A DNA stretch of 48,212 nucleotides, counting the filler, from Catajapyx aquilonaris (lineage: Eukaryota), in the NCBI GenBank assembly GCA_000934665.2. It is 2 parts of 2 records of this genome, joined end to end, with 100 filler letters (N's around TTAATTAATTAA, not from the genome) between each part and the next. Parts side by side here need not be neighbours in the genome. Positions count along the whole stretch, not along the records: positions 1 to 24,080 come from KZ539376.1; positions 24,181 to 48,212 come from JYFJ02005579.1. One strand, written 5' to 3'. The translations under genes and the position numbers were made by a program. Below, piece after piece: positions 13,982 to 25,174 of the stretch (within the stretch, counting starts at the first letter, position 1; each line of letters begins with the position of its first letter). The notes under the pieces were generated by a model. That model was given only the letters and a program-made list of their open reading frames with translations, searched no databases and was not told where the DNA came from.

Positions 13982-15199
13982 GTTCCCAGTGCATGCTTGT
14001 TCTTTCCTCAGGGAAGTCACTGATAATTCTAGAGAACTTCAATTTATTTGCCTGTACCCAAAGATGCACCATATGAACCTAGGACTGACATGTGCCATGT
14101 GCAATCAGATGTGATTGCAGGCTTTCCAAATCGTTTCCAACACTTCAAGTGGAAAATATTTCAAAATTATCAGTATGGTCGAGACCATGAGAGGGACCCT
14201 TGGGTTCCTGGCTCCTCCAGAATTAACGATCCAACTGCTCCGCAATGGTGGACAAAATTACAGCCTGGGCCATATTTGTTTTCCTCCCCCTGGTTCCGAA
14301 AGTCTTTCACAATATATTGCACTGGGAAAGTCCATCTATGCCTTTCACAAGTAGTATTTTCAAAAAGGGTATACCTCTGATCCAGATTCCCATTACAGCT
14401 GCTATTCACATAAATCACTGCACAATAGGAGTTATCTCAGGAAAGAAATAGGTCCTAATGTGGAAAAGCAAATCAGGAGGTTGGATCATATTTAAATGCA
14501 GCCATAGACAATAAAACAAATGTGTTTTATAAATCATTATTATTTTTCTTCAAAAAACAGCATCACCTACATGTAATACATCATAAACAAATCATAGTTC
14601 ATAGTTCACTATCTGCCATCATTTCCTTCAGCCAAAATACATTACCAATCCGCTGTTAAAGACCTGCAATAATTACATGCAGTATGTCAATGTGTAGTAA
14701 CAAAGGTACAAATATAAATTAAGAATAGAGCTATTCATGGAAGATGGTTAAAGAGCAGTTGAAAAATCGTACATGAAATCTTAAATTATCTTTAAAAATG
14801 GCTCTGCACAAAATTGTGTTAGTGGCACACTATAATAAAGACTGGATATCCACATGGCATGGAGCTCATACACACACAATCATCATGGCATTGTCTCGTA
14901 AAGGAGTAGCCAGTGATGGAGGTGTTACAACATCTAGCCATCTCGTTTGACTGAATACAATGTATCCTCTGGTGACTGGTCAGATATTCGCAGAGCTCAT
15001 GCCATGAAAATTTAAAAAGTCCAGAAAAAGATGGCATCATTTCATATGAGGTTGGTAACCTAATAATCAAACACTGAACCATTCATTTTATAACTACTTT
15101 AGTACATATCCTAAGCATTGCTTGACCATTACACCACTTCCCACCCCTGTCCCTTCCTCCCCGGGGAAACTACTACTCACAGAATATACCACTGACATA

Positions 15200-15442
15200 T
15201 TGGAGCACGATATGGTGGTGTAGAGGCTAACGTCACAGCCTTCCAACACCGAGGTCTCATGTTCAATCTCTGGATCAAACAGACGACGCCTTTCTCATGT
15301 GGAAAGGGTTTCGGGAGGTTCTCTCCTTGTTTGCATGGGTTTTCTTATGGTTCTCCCTCTCCTTCCACAGTCCAAAAATTTATCTTTCCCTCTCACCCTA
15401 ACCTACGCCAGAGCCTTAATTGCTTTGGCTCCCCCAACCAAC
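15200..15442 (+). mobile_element. Older tRNA-derived SINE with a V-SINE-like core
   Basis: 12-bp TSD ACCACTGACATA at 15188-15199 and 15443-15454. Degenerate A/B boxes. Core GTTCTCTCCTTGTTTGCATGGGTTTTC...CCTTCCACAGTCCAAA. Confidence 0.75.
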
Positions 15443-16208
15443 ACCACTGACATAAATCTTGACAACTTGCTATGCAGTTACAACACCCACTAGTGACATA
15501 ACAAACAACAACATGCAAGATGTCTAGTATGCCTGATTTTTTATCCTCCACTTGACAAGTGGTAAAGCACAAGAGTAGAGACTTCTGGTTAGTAGTAGAA
15601 GAGGGACCTTAGATTGGCCTATATGCCTTCATAGCAGTGCATTGCATATGTGAGGGGTGGGGTTAAGTTTGCATGAGTGGAAAGGAAATGGGATAGAGGC
15701 AAACATTTTCCATCTAGTAACTCAAAAGTGGTGTGCCAACAATGGAGACTATACTGGTAGAAGGCGGAAGGAAAGAGCTCCTGTAGTTAATGTTATCACC
15801 CTGTAGTTATAGTTTCCATTCACCTATGAATGGCCCTAAAATATTACTACCATCTCCTGCATTTCTCCCTTTAGGTATTGCTTCAACCAGGGAATGGTAT
15901 TGACATCATAAACTGTCAATTGTTACTTTCATTGTTGGCAGGAGAATAAAAGGACATCAACTTTTTTAAACACACTTTGCAAACGATGTCACATGAATTA
16001 TAATTCTACTCATTCTTTTGAATGGTGTCAGTCCATTTCGTTTAAAATCTTCACTAATGACGCAATGGGTCAATTGCTGATACCCAAAAACAATCACGCC
16101 ATTTCCCAATGATTAAACCTTCATTATTTGAAGGGATATATGAACCAAAATAATTCCAATCCCACAGTTATTCAAATAAATAAAGTTCATAATCATATCA
16201 TGTCAACC

Positions 16209-16481
16209 AGGGTGACACGATGGCCGAGTGGTTAGCGCCGCAGCCTTCCACCTCTAAGGTCCCGAGTTCGATCCCCGGACCGGACAGAGGATACTTACGT
16301 GGATAGAGTTTCGATGGGTTCTCTCCGTGTTCGCGTGGGTTTTCTCAGGGTTCTCCCGTTTCCTCCCACTATCAAAATCCATCACATTACAGGCAAATGA
16401 TTAAAGTCGGTCTGTTAAAAGATGATCTCCTAAAAAGGCCAAGGAGGCTTATCACGGGGTATCCATTATCATTATTATTTT
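16209..16481 (+). mobile_element. tRNA-derived SINE with a V-SINE-like core
   Basis: A-box TGGCCGAGTGG and B-box GAGTTCGATCCC. Core GTTCTCTCCGTGTTCGCGTGGGTTTTCTCAGGGTTCTCCCGTTTCCTCCCAC at ~16318-16369. (ATT)-type tail. 14-bp TSD ATATCATGTCAACC at 16195-16208 and 16482-16495. Confidence 0.88.
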
Positions 16482-18149
16482 ATATCATGTCAACCTTTCC
16501 ATATGCTTGAGTTGTAGATGACACCTAAAATTAGGAAAATTATGCTGGCCATTTTCTTTTTGAGCTTAAATTAACTACTCTTGTGCTTTCCCACTCCTTG
16601 TATGGGTCATAACAATCTATACCATCACGGACAAAAAAAAAGTGTATGTCTCAAAATACAGCTAGCATGTCATGGTCTGGGAGCTCCTGACAACATTCAG
16701 ACTGCCACGGAAGAAAAAAATGACCTCCTTGCATGAAAGCAGTACCCTGCAAATGCTTAAATGCAGCCGACAGGTCCACTATGGTCGAATTTCTGCACGG
16801 AACATCCTAAGTAACAAAAATATTTGTAAAAATGTTTACAAGAAGACACTCTTCTGGAAGTCTTGCACTGGAGATAATAAGCATGATCTGACATCCTAAA
16901 AATGATTTCCTTAATTTGGTCATTGCATCTACTAAACTATGCAAAATGTCAGTTGTTCTTGTTTTTATTTAAAGCTTTGAAATGTTCCAAGTCTCCACAT
17001 CGCTCATACATGCCAATTTATTTGCCTGGCACATGGGGTGGGCTACTTTCAAATTAGGAGGTAATTTTTTAATTCTTTGCAGTAGTTCATGAAACTCCAC
17101 TTTCCACTCAATCAGGTGTGACATACAAACCAGTGGGGACGAAGAAAATCTCTATATATGTTGCTGCTACAATAATACATATTCAGCACAGATCAATTTA
17201 AATGGAAATGCTGTACCTGTATGAACATTACGTTTTCTTATCACGCTGGACAAAACTTATGGGGCCATATTTAGAAACGTGGCATAGCCTGGTCTTACTT
17301 TTATTCCCAGGGGAACAGGGTGGGTCCACAAAAAACACCCATTCCAAACCATGAAATAGGCTTAACCCGGTATAGAGTGGGATGAGGCCAGATAGAACAG
17401 GGAGAGTAGTAGTATAGCATCAATGGTTGAAAGTCTGGGGATAAATCACACCACCCTTACCCTGGGAATAATGCAGAATAAGACTTATTTCTGAGTATGA
17501 CCCATGAATTCTCAAATTCTTTCTAATTATTATTAGTCTGTGAGGAGCTGAATTACTACCTAGCCCAGTCCAACATTTGCCTGGTGGACTAAGCAGCCAT
17601 AATGTGACAGCAGCCACTTTCTATCATGAGTGTGCAGATTACAATAGTGCATGGTGTTTGATGACAAGATAATTTCAAATATTACAAGGGCAAACTTTTA
17701 AACAGTAGTGACAACACTGCTTTGTTGGCACAAATGTAGCACATACAGTAAAACTATAAGTCGAACGTCCCTAAGTCGAAGTTCTCTATAAGTCGAAAAA
17801 AATGATGAGCTTGGTTGGTCACAATGTAAAATAATAGGAAATAAACTTCCCTAACTCGAATTTCTATAACTTGAAGTGCAGGCAGGGCCTTACGATGGGA
17901 TATCAATGCATTTTCGGTCTCCCTAAGTCGAAGTTCAAGTTGGCGAGTAGGAAAAATTTTCTCATTTCCCAGCGGAAGGGTCGAGAGTAGGCCACATGTA
18001 CAGAAAGGCTCAATTTCCTGATCTCCGTCTACCAGACGTACCGAAGAAGTGTTTGACTCGATTGTGACAATTGAATCCTTGAATCGAAGAGTAGGCAAAA
18101 GTCCATAACATAGTTTTTTTTACACCAAAGCAACAAGGAACATTGTAAG

Positions 18150-18687
18150 CAGGGGCGGATTTACCCTTCCTGGGGCCCTGTGCGAAAATCCCTGTGAGGC
18201 CCCCTGTCATGTGATCCAACCCGCTGAAGTACTGCCATCTCAGTGGCGGTTCCAGAAAATTTTTCTGGGGGGAGGGGGGGCAAGGGTATAGGNNNNNNNN
18301 NNNNNNNNNNNNNNNNNNNNNNNNNNNNNNNNNNNNNNNNNNNNNNNNNNNNNNNNNNNNNNNNNNNNNNNNNNNNNNNNNNNNNNNNNNNNNNNNNNNN
18401 NNNNNNNNNNNNNNNNNNNNNNNNNCCCCCCCCCTAAAACCGCCACTGTGCCATCTAGCGACGTAGAATGTCACTTGATAATTTGAGTGACGAAGTAGAG
18501 TCAGTAAACGGACGTACCAATTCACCTTTAAAAAAATATCTCCTTCCTTTGCACGGGCAATCCACCTTGCCCGGCTTTTTTCATTTATTTTATTATTTAT
18601 TTACTTTTTACGTCCGCGTCGTTGGGCCCCATTTTCCGTTGGGCCCTGTGCGGCCGCACACTCCGCACATGCGTAAATCCGCCACTG
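18150..18687. mobile_element. hAT-like MITE nested in the pogo-like element
   Basis: TIRs CAGGGGCGGATTTAC / GTAAATCCGCCACTG. 8-bp TSD ATTGTAAG at 18142-18149 and 18688-18695. Confidence 0.88.
18241..18448. mobile_element. hAT-like MITE nested in the previous MITE (contains an N gap, 18293-18425)
   Basis: TIRs CAGTGGCGGTT / AACCGCCACTG. 8-bp TSD TGCCATCT at 18233-18240 and 18449-18456. Confidence 0.88.
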
Positions 18688-20045
18688 ATTGTAAGTGTGA
18701 TAGTGGCAGTTATTTTTAAGTTTTGAACACCTTTCGTCGCTGGATATGAAGGTAGGCTTCCTTATAGAGTTCTGCGCTTTTAAAAATCGAAACTTCTCTA
18801 ACTCGAATCTTCTACAACTCGAGGTTTTTTTCCGGTCCCATGGAGATTCGACTTATAGAAGCTTTACTGTATTTATGAAACTCCTATCTGGCAAGTGCAC
18901 TCTGAGATAAGCCTATCAATCAGACCATCACAATTCGTGCCTGCTTGGAATGCATGGGATGCATTGGATGCATTGAAATGTCAGTAGGGAAAAATGTTCA
19001 AGTGGAGGTATCAACATTAACAAAACACTTGTGGACAACATCAAGGCTGGAGTACAATAACAAGGCCTGGGAGGAGCCACTGGCAGTGACCAGACCAGCT
19101 ATGATAACTGCAATAATAAATTTGTTACGCATTACCTGCTTCAAACTATCCAATAATTTATATTTAGAAATTGCTGCATTAGGTGCAGATAATACTCCAT
19201 ACACTTGTGCCAGTAGTAATCACATTGACGGTCTGGTCACTGCCACTTGCATCATCCCAACCTCACTAAAAAAATTCCTTGACAATACCCTTCCTGCTCT
19301 ACCCCAACTTAAGTTCATGACGGTGTCTCTAATGCTGCAAACATTTCTTGCTGATACATTACTTTAACCTCTTGCAAACCAACACCTGTTGTCAAGCTGG
19401 CATGAACAGTGATGGATCAACATATTTCAACCCCAAGAGGGAAAGACCCCAGTTGGGAAAATAAATTAATTAAAGAGCACAGGCCATCTATGTAAGAGTT
19501 TTGTGAGTATGTGCCAATACTTAAAGACAGACAGAACAATGCTGACACCCCTTGTTTCCAGCCTGTCTCACTGTATCAGCATGATAGTTACAGGGATGTG
19601 CCCAAGCTGCAGGTAATTTGCATGACCTCCATAATAATTAATTCCACTGGTATCCAACTGATCATTGAAAGTTTTTACCTCTTGTCCTTACAAGCCAGCA
19701 CATGCACAAAATTACTGTAATCTGCACCATTCACAACAAGTTAAATCTAGATCTTATTTCACAGCTCCGTGTGGGCAGATCATAAAAGATGTGATGTATC
19801 AAAAAAATATAATATTTTCGAGTAGACCTACTACATGACCAATGAATTCAAGTCTCGCAAATTTTTGCAAGTACAATACATAGCACGTATCCAGAAGAAC
19901 TGTAGGAGGTACTGTGGACTACATTTAAAAAAAAGTAATAAAAAACTACTGAGTAGAATCTAAGTGATACCTAGCACCTTGAGCCAATGCAGTGTTTGAC
20001 AGAGGTGCAAAATTGTTAAAATTGATCAGGCACCGATGTAGGAAA

Positions 20046-21968
20046 TCATCGTTCACCATAATCACCACTCCAGTAGTTGCTCCCAACTATGTAGCCACCT
20101 GAAAACATTTAATACATTAGCATTCCAATTTTGTGTCACTGGTTAAAGATTGCGTACTTTGATGATACATTTTAGAAATTGCCTTACACAGTGCAGTTGA
20201 ACAGGATGTTAAATTCCTAGTACCTAATATTGTGCAAAAGCAACCTACAACCACACTTCAGGGCTCATTTGCACACCACGGTAACATGCCAAATACAAGC
20301 TGTTCCAAGTTTGTGGGTCATTTTTAGTTATCACTAATATACTAATATTGCTCAAAGTAGTTACAGTCGAATCCCTTTATAACAAAATTGAAGGGAACAA
20401 AATTTTCTTTCATTATATAAAAAAATGCGTTTAAACCTCACTTTTTTCGATATTTAGGTGTTATATTAAGCCCTGGTAGCGGGAAAAATAGTTAAAAAAT
20501 TCTTCCCTGCTAAATTAGATTATCTCACAAAGCAAGGCGCAAAGTCAACAACAATAAGCTAAGCAATTCGGCTGATCAGCTAACCCGCCTGCATAATGTT
20601 CCCGCCCCAAGGGGGGAAAGAGGAAATGGGGGGGAAAGATGATAAGGAAAGGTCAGGCTCTTATCTCCCATGAATATTCCCAGGTTTTAACCACCTGCCT
20701 CCTTCCCTGGGTGGGCCACATGCTAGCAATAAATCCTGTGGGCAGCTCTGAGTCACTGAGAGACAGCCTTCCCCCTCCCAGAAAATCCTTTCCCTTCCAT
20801 TACATAGGACCTAGGACCCCAAATTATCAACTTTTGGTCTGAATGTGTGAAAAAAGATTGAATCCGGAACACACTGGTGATTTATGGCCCAATTTGCCTA
20901 CTTCCACCCTTTTTCGGCCGAGAAGAGGTGGGACTGGAGGAGCGAAATTTTTTCGTTATATGGGAACCGAAACCGAAAATCCTTCCCTTAAAACGGATAT
21001 TTTTAACATGGGTTTACATGGGGCCTCTGACGGTCACAAATTTTCTTTCGTTATATGCGGATTATATCCTGATTCGTTATAGAGGGATTCGACTGTATTT
21101 TTGTGTAGCTAGTTGTCCCAGTCCAGGTGCCACATTACTATCAAGTGGTGGAATATAGCAGTTTCTATAGAATAGGTCACCTGGTTAGGGGGCACAACAA
21201 GCTACAAAAAAGTGAAATTTTTTATAACTAAAAATACAAATATGGTTGGAACATCCTGTATATTGAACAAGTCCCACTTAACTTTTAGGAAGTTGGATAA
21301 TATGCAGAATAATTTCACAATATTGGGTTTCTGGAAAATATGTTGGCTTGTAACCATATGATAAGGACGCCAATCTGAATCAGAAAGTCTCATGGTAATT
21401 TGTCCAAAAAATTATGGCTGAGGAGTTACATTCCTGTCAGTCACTATCATCTATATAGCATTTTTGGTAAACAGTGATTTGTCCCAAAGCAATAAACAGT
21501 AAGGACTGAGCAATGCTTCGCTGACTCAGTGTAACACCTGGTCACGTATCTGCATGCTCCTTTCCTACCAACAATGCAGATCAAAATGTTCAGTGCTACT
21601 TGTTAGTTCTGATCAAGTGTCCCTTTGAAGTGGTCATCATGTAATGTGATGTGATTAGTACCCCAGATGGAATTGCCATTATTTATCACATACTTTAGCT
21701 GTCTTTTAATTCGTACCCAACAACCACTGAACACTGAGTACGTTTACAAGGGACTAAAAATCGGCCTAGCCTATGCTAGGCGAACCGGTTTACTCCCATG
21801 TAGCTGCTGGGCCTACGATAGACCGGCCTTATCTGATCCGTTGTCGGGCGCAGCCCAAACCTTTTGGGTCGGGTGGTCTACCTAAGGCGATGGCCTTGCT
21901 AAGGAAGCCTGGGTCAGGCCGATTTTTAGTCCCATGTAAACGTACTCACTGTCATTTGTCGTATTCCT

Positions 21969-22012
<44 letters not shown>

Positions 22013-22810
22013 CTGTGTCTAGTGCTCCGCCCGTTGAGGGCATCTGGCACAGGACCTTTATTATTTGCTTGATCCTTTTACGTACCGTGGGCGAAGGGGG
22101 ATGAGTGGGAGGGGATGTGCAATGCGCAGTGCAGTACAGTTGCTATGGTCATTTTGTGAATTCCCCGGGGGGTGATTAGTCTATGGAAATCCCACCCGAG
22201 ACGAAGCCAGAGATGACCCTGAGCTCTGCACAAGAAGAAGGGGGGAAATCCCCGGGCTTGGTATCGAACCTGGGACCCTTACAACCGTGGGCACATACGC
22301 TACCGCAGCACCACTCCGCCTCCCCTATTCCTACGGATACTGTTACATAACCATGTGAAAAACTGGACCAGAGAAGCATTACTCAGTCCTCATTGGTCAT
22401 TGCATCTGGACACACCGCCGCTTACCATAATTATTGCTATTCAGAAGTTTCTGTCCTTTAGCAGGGATGTAGTACTGCAGCCTAGTATATTCTCAGGACA
22501 AAGCATGAGACATTTCAATTCAGATGGTGTCCTCTACCCTTGGTATTATGCTAATCTCGGCACTTTTGTAAGGTTCCAATGCTGCAGCTGCTACCTCCCA
22601 GCAGCTATTTTGCCATAAAATACCAAGTAGCATCCCCAAGCTCATACTTGCCTGAATTGCGATTGTTGCGATCTCGGCTACGATCACGGGTTCCGCCACC
22701 AAGGCGGTCTCGCTCCCGGTCTCGTCCACCACGGTCACGTCCATCTCTATCCCTGTCGCGTCCAGTACCACCTCCACTACGGTCTCCAGCATTCTTCCAA
22801 CGATTCCTTC
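20046..22810 (-). CDS. 3' coding exons of an unidentified gene with an Arg/Asp/Gly-rich tail (RNA-binding-protein-like); 5' part absent
   Basis: Symmetric phase-1 exon 22652-22810 (TTCAG|GA AGG AAT CGT TGG..., RNRWKNAGDRSGGGTGRDRDRDGRDRGGRDRERDR...RNS) ends in CAG|GCAAGT. A compatible phase-1 exon 20046-20098 follows (TTTTCAG|GT GGC..., GGYIVGSNYWSGDYGER*). Confidence 0.5.
20364..21095. mobile_element. pogo/Tigger-like non-autonomous element
   Basis: TA|CAGTCGAATCCCTTTATAAC ... GTTATAGAGGGATTCGACTG|TA. Confidence 0.85.
21735..21948. mobile_element. MITE with ~33-bp TIRs
   Basis: TGAGTACGTTTACAAGGGACTAAAAATCGGCCT ... AGGCCGATTTTTAGTCCCATGTAAACGTACTCA. Confidence 0.8.
21970..22325 (-). mobile_element. 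tRNA-derived SINE (family A, second copy) with (TTG)n tail
   Basis: Reverse-complement homologue of 1044-1440. (CAA)n on + at ~21969-22013. 8-bp TSD TATTCCTA at 21962-21969 and 22326-22333. Confidence 0.88.
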
Positions 22811-23029
22811 CTGAATTTACATTGATGTTCATTTAGTTCCCACATTAACAACAAGGACTTCAAGGGTATCAAACAAACAGGGTAGCCAGAAAGTTTTTCC
22901 CATGGTTAGCATAAAACAATAGGATTTAGGTCCAGAGTACATACAGCTACAGCTGCATATAAATTTGCAATACCATCTTATGTTGTTTGAACAAGGTTAG
23001 CATTGACACTTGAGAGAGAAAAAGAGTTA

Positions 23030-23179
23030 AGGCCATTTCACAAAAAAAATGTCGCGCGGCAAACGGCGCGACTTGCGGCAAATTTTATTGTTGCCAATAA
23101 TTGGCAACAATAAATATAAATAAAAATTTGCCGCAAGTCGCGCCGTTTGCAGCGCGACATTTTTTTTGTGAAATGGCCT
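23030..23179. mobile_element. Palindromic PIF/Harbinger-like MITE
   Basis: TTA|AGGCCATTTCACAAAA...TTTTGTGAAATGGCCT|TTA with ~60-bp arms. Confidence 0.85.
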
Positions 23180-23291
23180 TTACTTTTGAACGAGATACAG
23201 TAACTGCAGTTTGCTGTATAATGTCCACTATATTAGACTAATAATACAGGGTGTTAATCCTAAGCGTGTCACCAGAAAAGGTGGTGGTAGA

Positions 23292-23602
23292 GGGCACAGG
23301 TGTGAGCATTTTTGCATAAGGAACTAGGGGTCGGAAACGCACCCTCTCACGCACACATCTGTACCATTGACGCTGACAATAAAACGTCTCACTTCCATTT
23401 CTCCTGACTTGTGCCCTAGCTTTCCCGGACACTGACACACTGTTGACAGTTCTGTTCTACCTGCCAAGCTCCCCTCACCCACTCGGCCGCGTGCTGCACG
23501 CCTCTTGCACACTGCCTGCCGCAAACTTGAAAGGGGCGTAACTCTGTGAGGGTGCGTTTCTGACCCCTAGTTCCTTATGCAAAAATGCTCACACCTGCGC
23601 CC
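23292..23602. mobile_element. MITE with ~55-bp TIRs
   Basis: GGGCACAGGTGTGAGCATTTTTGCATAAGGAACTAGGGGTC ... GACCCCTAGTTCCTTATGCAAAAATGCTCACACCTGCGCCC. It is followed directly by an unpaired hAT-like end, CAGGGCCGGCCCTAGG. Confidence 0.8.
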
Positions 23603-24080
23603 AGGGCCGGCCCTAGGTGGGTGCGGGGCCTAGGGCAAGAACTAAATGCGGGGCCTATTCTCCGTGAGTGAATTTCTGTACAACACGAATTGCGTATCCA
23701 ACAATTTTGTTGGCTGACTTTCTATAATAACGTACAACTGAGGGGTGTAGACAGTTGCGTTAAAAAGATTGAAATTGCAAATTTTAAACATTTAATTTTT
23801 AAAATTATACCCCTTTATTTTTCGCTGGTTTTCACGTATGTTGTAGCCCTACATGTGAACTACATGTGGCCATATCAGTCCTGTTGGCTAGTATAATACT
23901 AAGGAAGATTGGGCCTCAAGCAAGACCCCCTCCATATATGTCGTCATTATGATGGGTACACTCAACATGCAAATCGCCCCACCTTGCTCAGTGCAAATGT
24001 TGATATTCAAGTTGGGATGATCACTGGTGAGAGTACGACACATGTAAGACTCCTTTGGTAGCCCACACCCCCCTCCCCAA

Positions 24081-24180
24081 NNNNNNNNNNNNNNNNNNNN
24101 NNNNNNNNNNNNNNNNNNNNNNNNTTAATTAATTAANNNNNNNNNNNNNNNNNNNNNNNNNNNNNNNNNNNNNNNNNNNN
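24081..24180. other. Artificial 100-bp contig spacer
   Basis: Exactly 44 N, then TTAATTAATTAA (stop codons in all six frames), then 44 N. Confidence 0.92.
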
Positions 24181-24888
24181 CCTTACTGATTACCGAGGGA
24201 ACAGGAAAGCAATTACCTGGCCTGTCTGCTTACGCCTTCATTCACTGCAGATAAGGGACTATGAGATCATAAACCTAGGGAGGAGGGTTGATTAGTGTTC
24301 CTCCTGATGAGCTTAATGCTGTTACCATCTCGCAACCATGTCGTTAATGTGTCGGGAGTTCATTATGTAAGCTTATGCTTCTTATTTGGGCCGATTGCAA
24401 ATATGATGTTGGGTCAACGTAATAATGGATGGGATGATTAATGCTAGAAATCAATTTCGGAGGTTGTATATTTTTAGTGTGGGTAGTTCGCGTGCAGGAC
24501 TGGCATGCGGAAGGTCCTGAGTTCTTGCCCCTGGTCGCTCGTATGCGATGGAGGCCTGTTCTTCCAGACGAAAGTGCCCAGCTGGCTTCCTTTCATGCCG
24601 CACAACCATGTCGTAACTCTTAAACTGGCGGCATTTGGACGGTGTTTCTCCATACCACAGAGTGGGAGAATCCTTTCGTCATAATAAGTTTCGCAATTCT
24701 TGGAAGGTGCCAAAAGCAGAGCCAAATCGGATGACTTTTATGGCATACCGACAATGGGATCCGAATTTGTCATGAATTTTTTTTTGCTTGACACTTTTCG
24801 TGCTGTCACTGCATGCAAAAGAAGGAAAACCAAAGCACCACATGCCCAAAAGCTGGCCGCGACATAAGACTCATAGGACGTCCCCATG

Positions 24889-25174
24889 CACTCTTAACCA
24901 TTTACCTTCTCTAGAGAGGGTAATAAAGTGGCCATTTTTTACCTTACATTGTAGGGTAAATATTCTTGGGTAAATTGATTATAAGGTAAATTTTGCATAT
25001 ATTACCTTAGAAAATAGAGGGTAAAAAGGGCCTCTTTTTTACCCTCTATTTTCTAAGGTAATACATGCAAAATTTACTTTATAATCAATTTACCCAGGAA
25101 TATTTACCCTACAATGTAAGGTAAAAAATGCCCACTTTATTACCCTCTCTAGAGAAGGTAAATGGTTAAGAGTG
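24889..25174. mobile_element. Fully palindromic MITE with CACT termini (CACTA/EnSpm-like)
   Basis: CACTCTTAACCATTTACCTTC...GAAGGTAAATGGTTAAGAGTG with ~140-bp near-perfect arms and TG on both flanks. Confidence 0.85.

Larger units (their letters stand above)
17746..18869. mobile_element. pogo/Tigger-like non-autonomous element (outer member of the nest)
   Basis: TA|CAGTAAAAC..TATAAGTCGAA ... TTCGACTTATAGAAGCTTTACTG|TA, with subterminal TAAGTCGAA/TAACTCGAA repeats. Confidence 0.8.

Noticed and set aside
16209..16285. tRNA-like sequence (also at 1044-1120 and 22250-22325)
   Set aside because: A/B boxes are present, but each continues into a SINE body with a tail and TSD, and I could not fold a convincing cloverleaf.
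18945..19367. 140-aa ORF
   Set aside because: Non-ATG start, no recognisable domain and no supporting splice structure.
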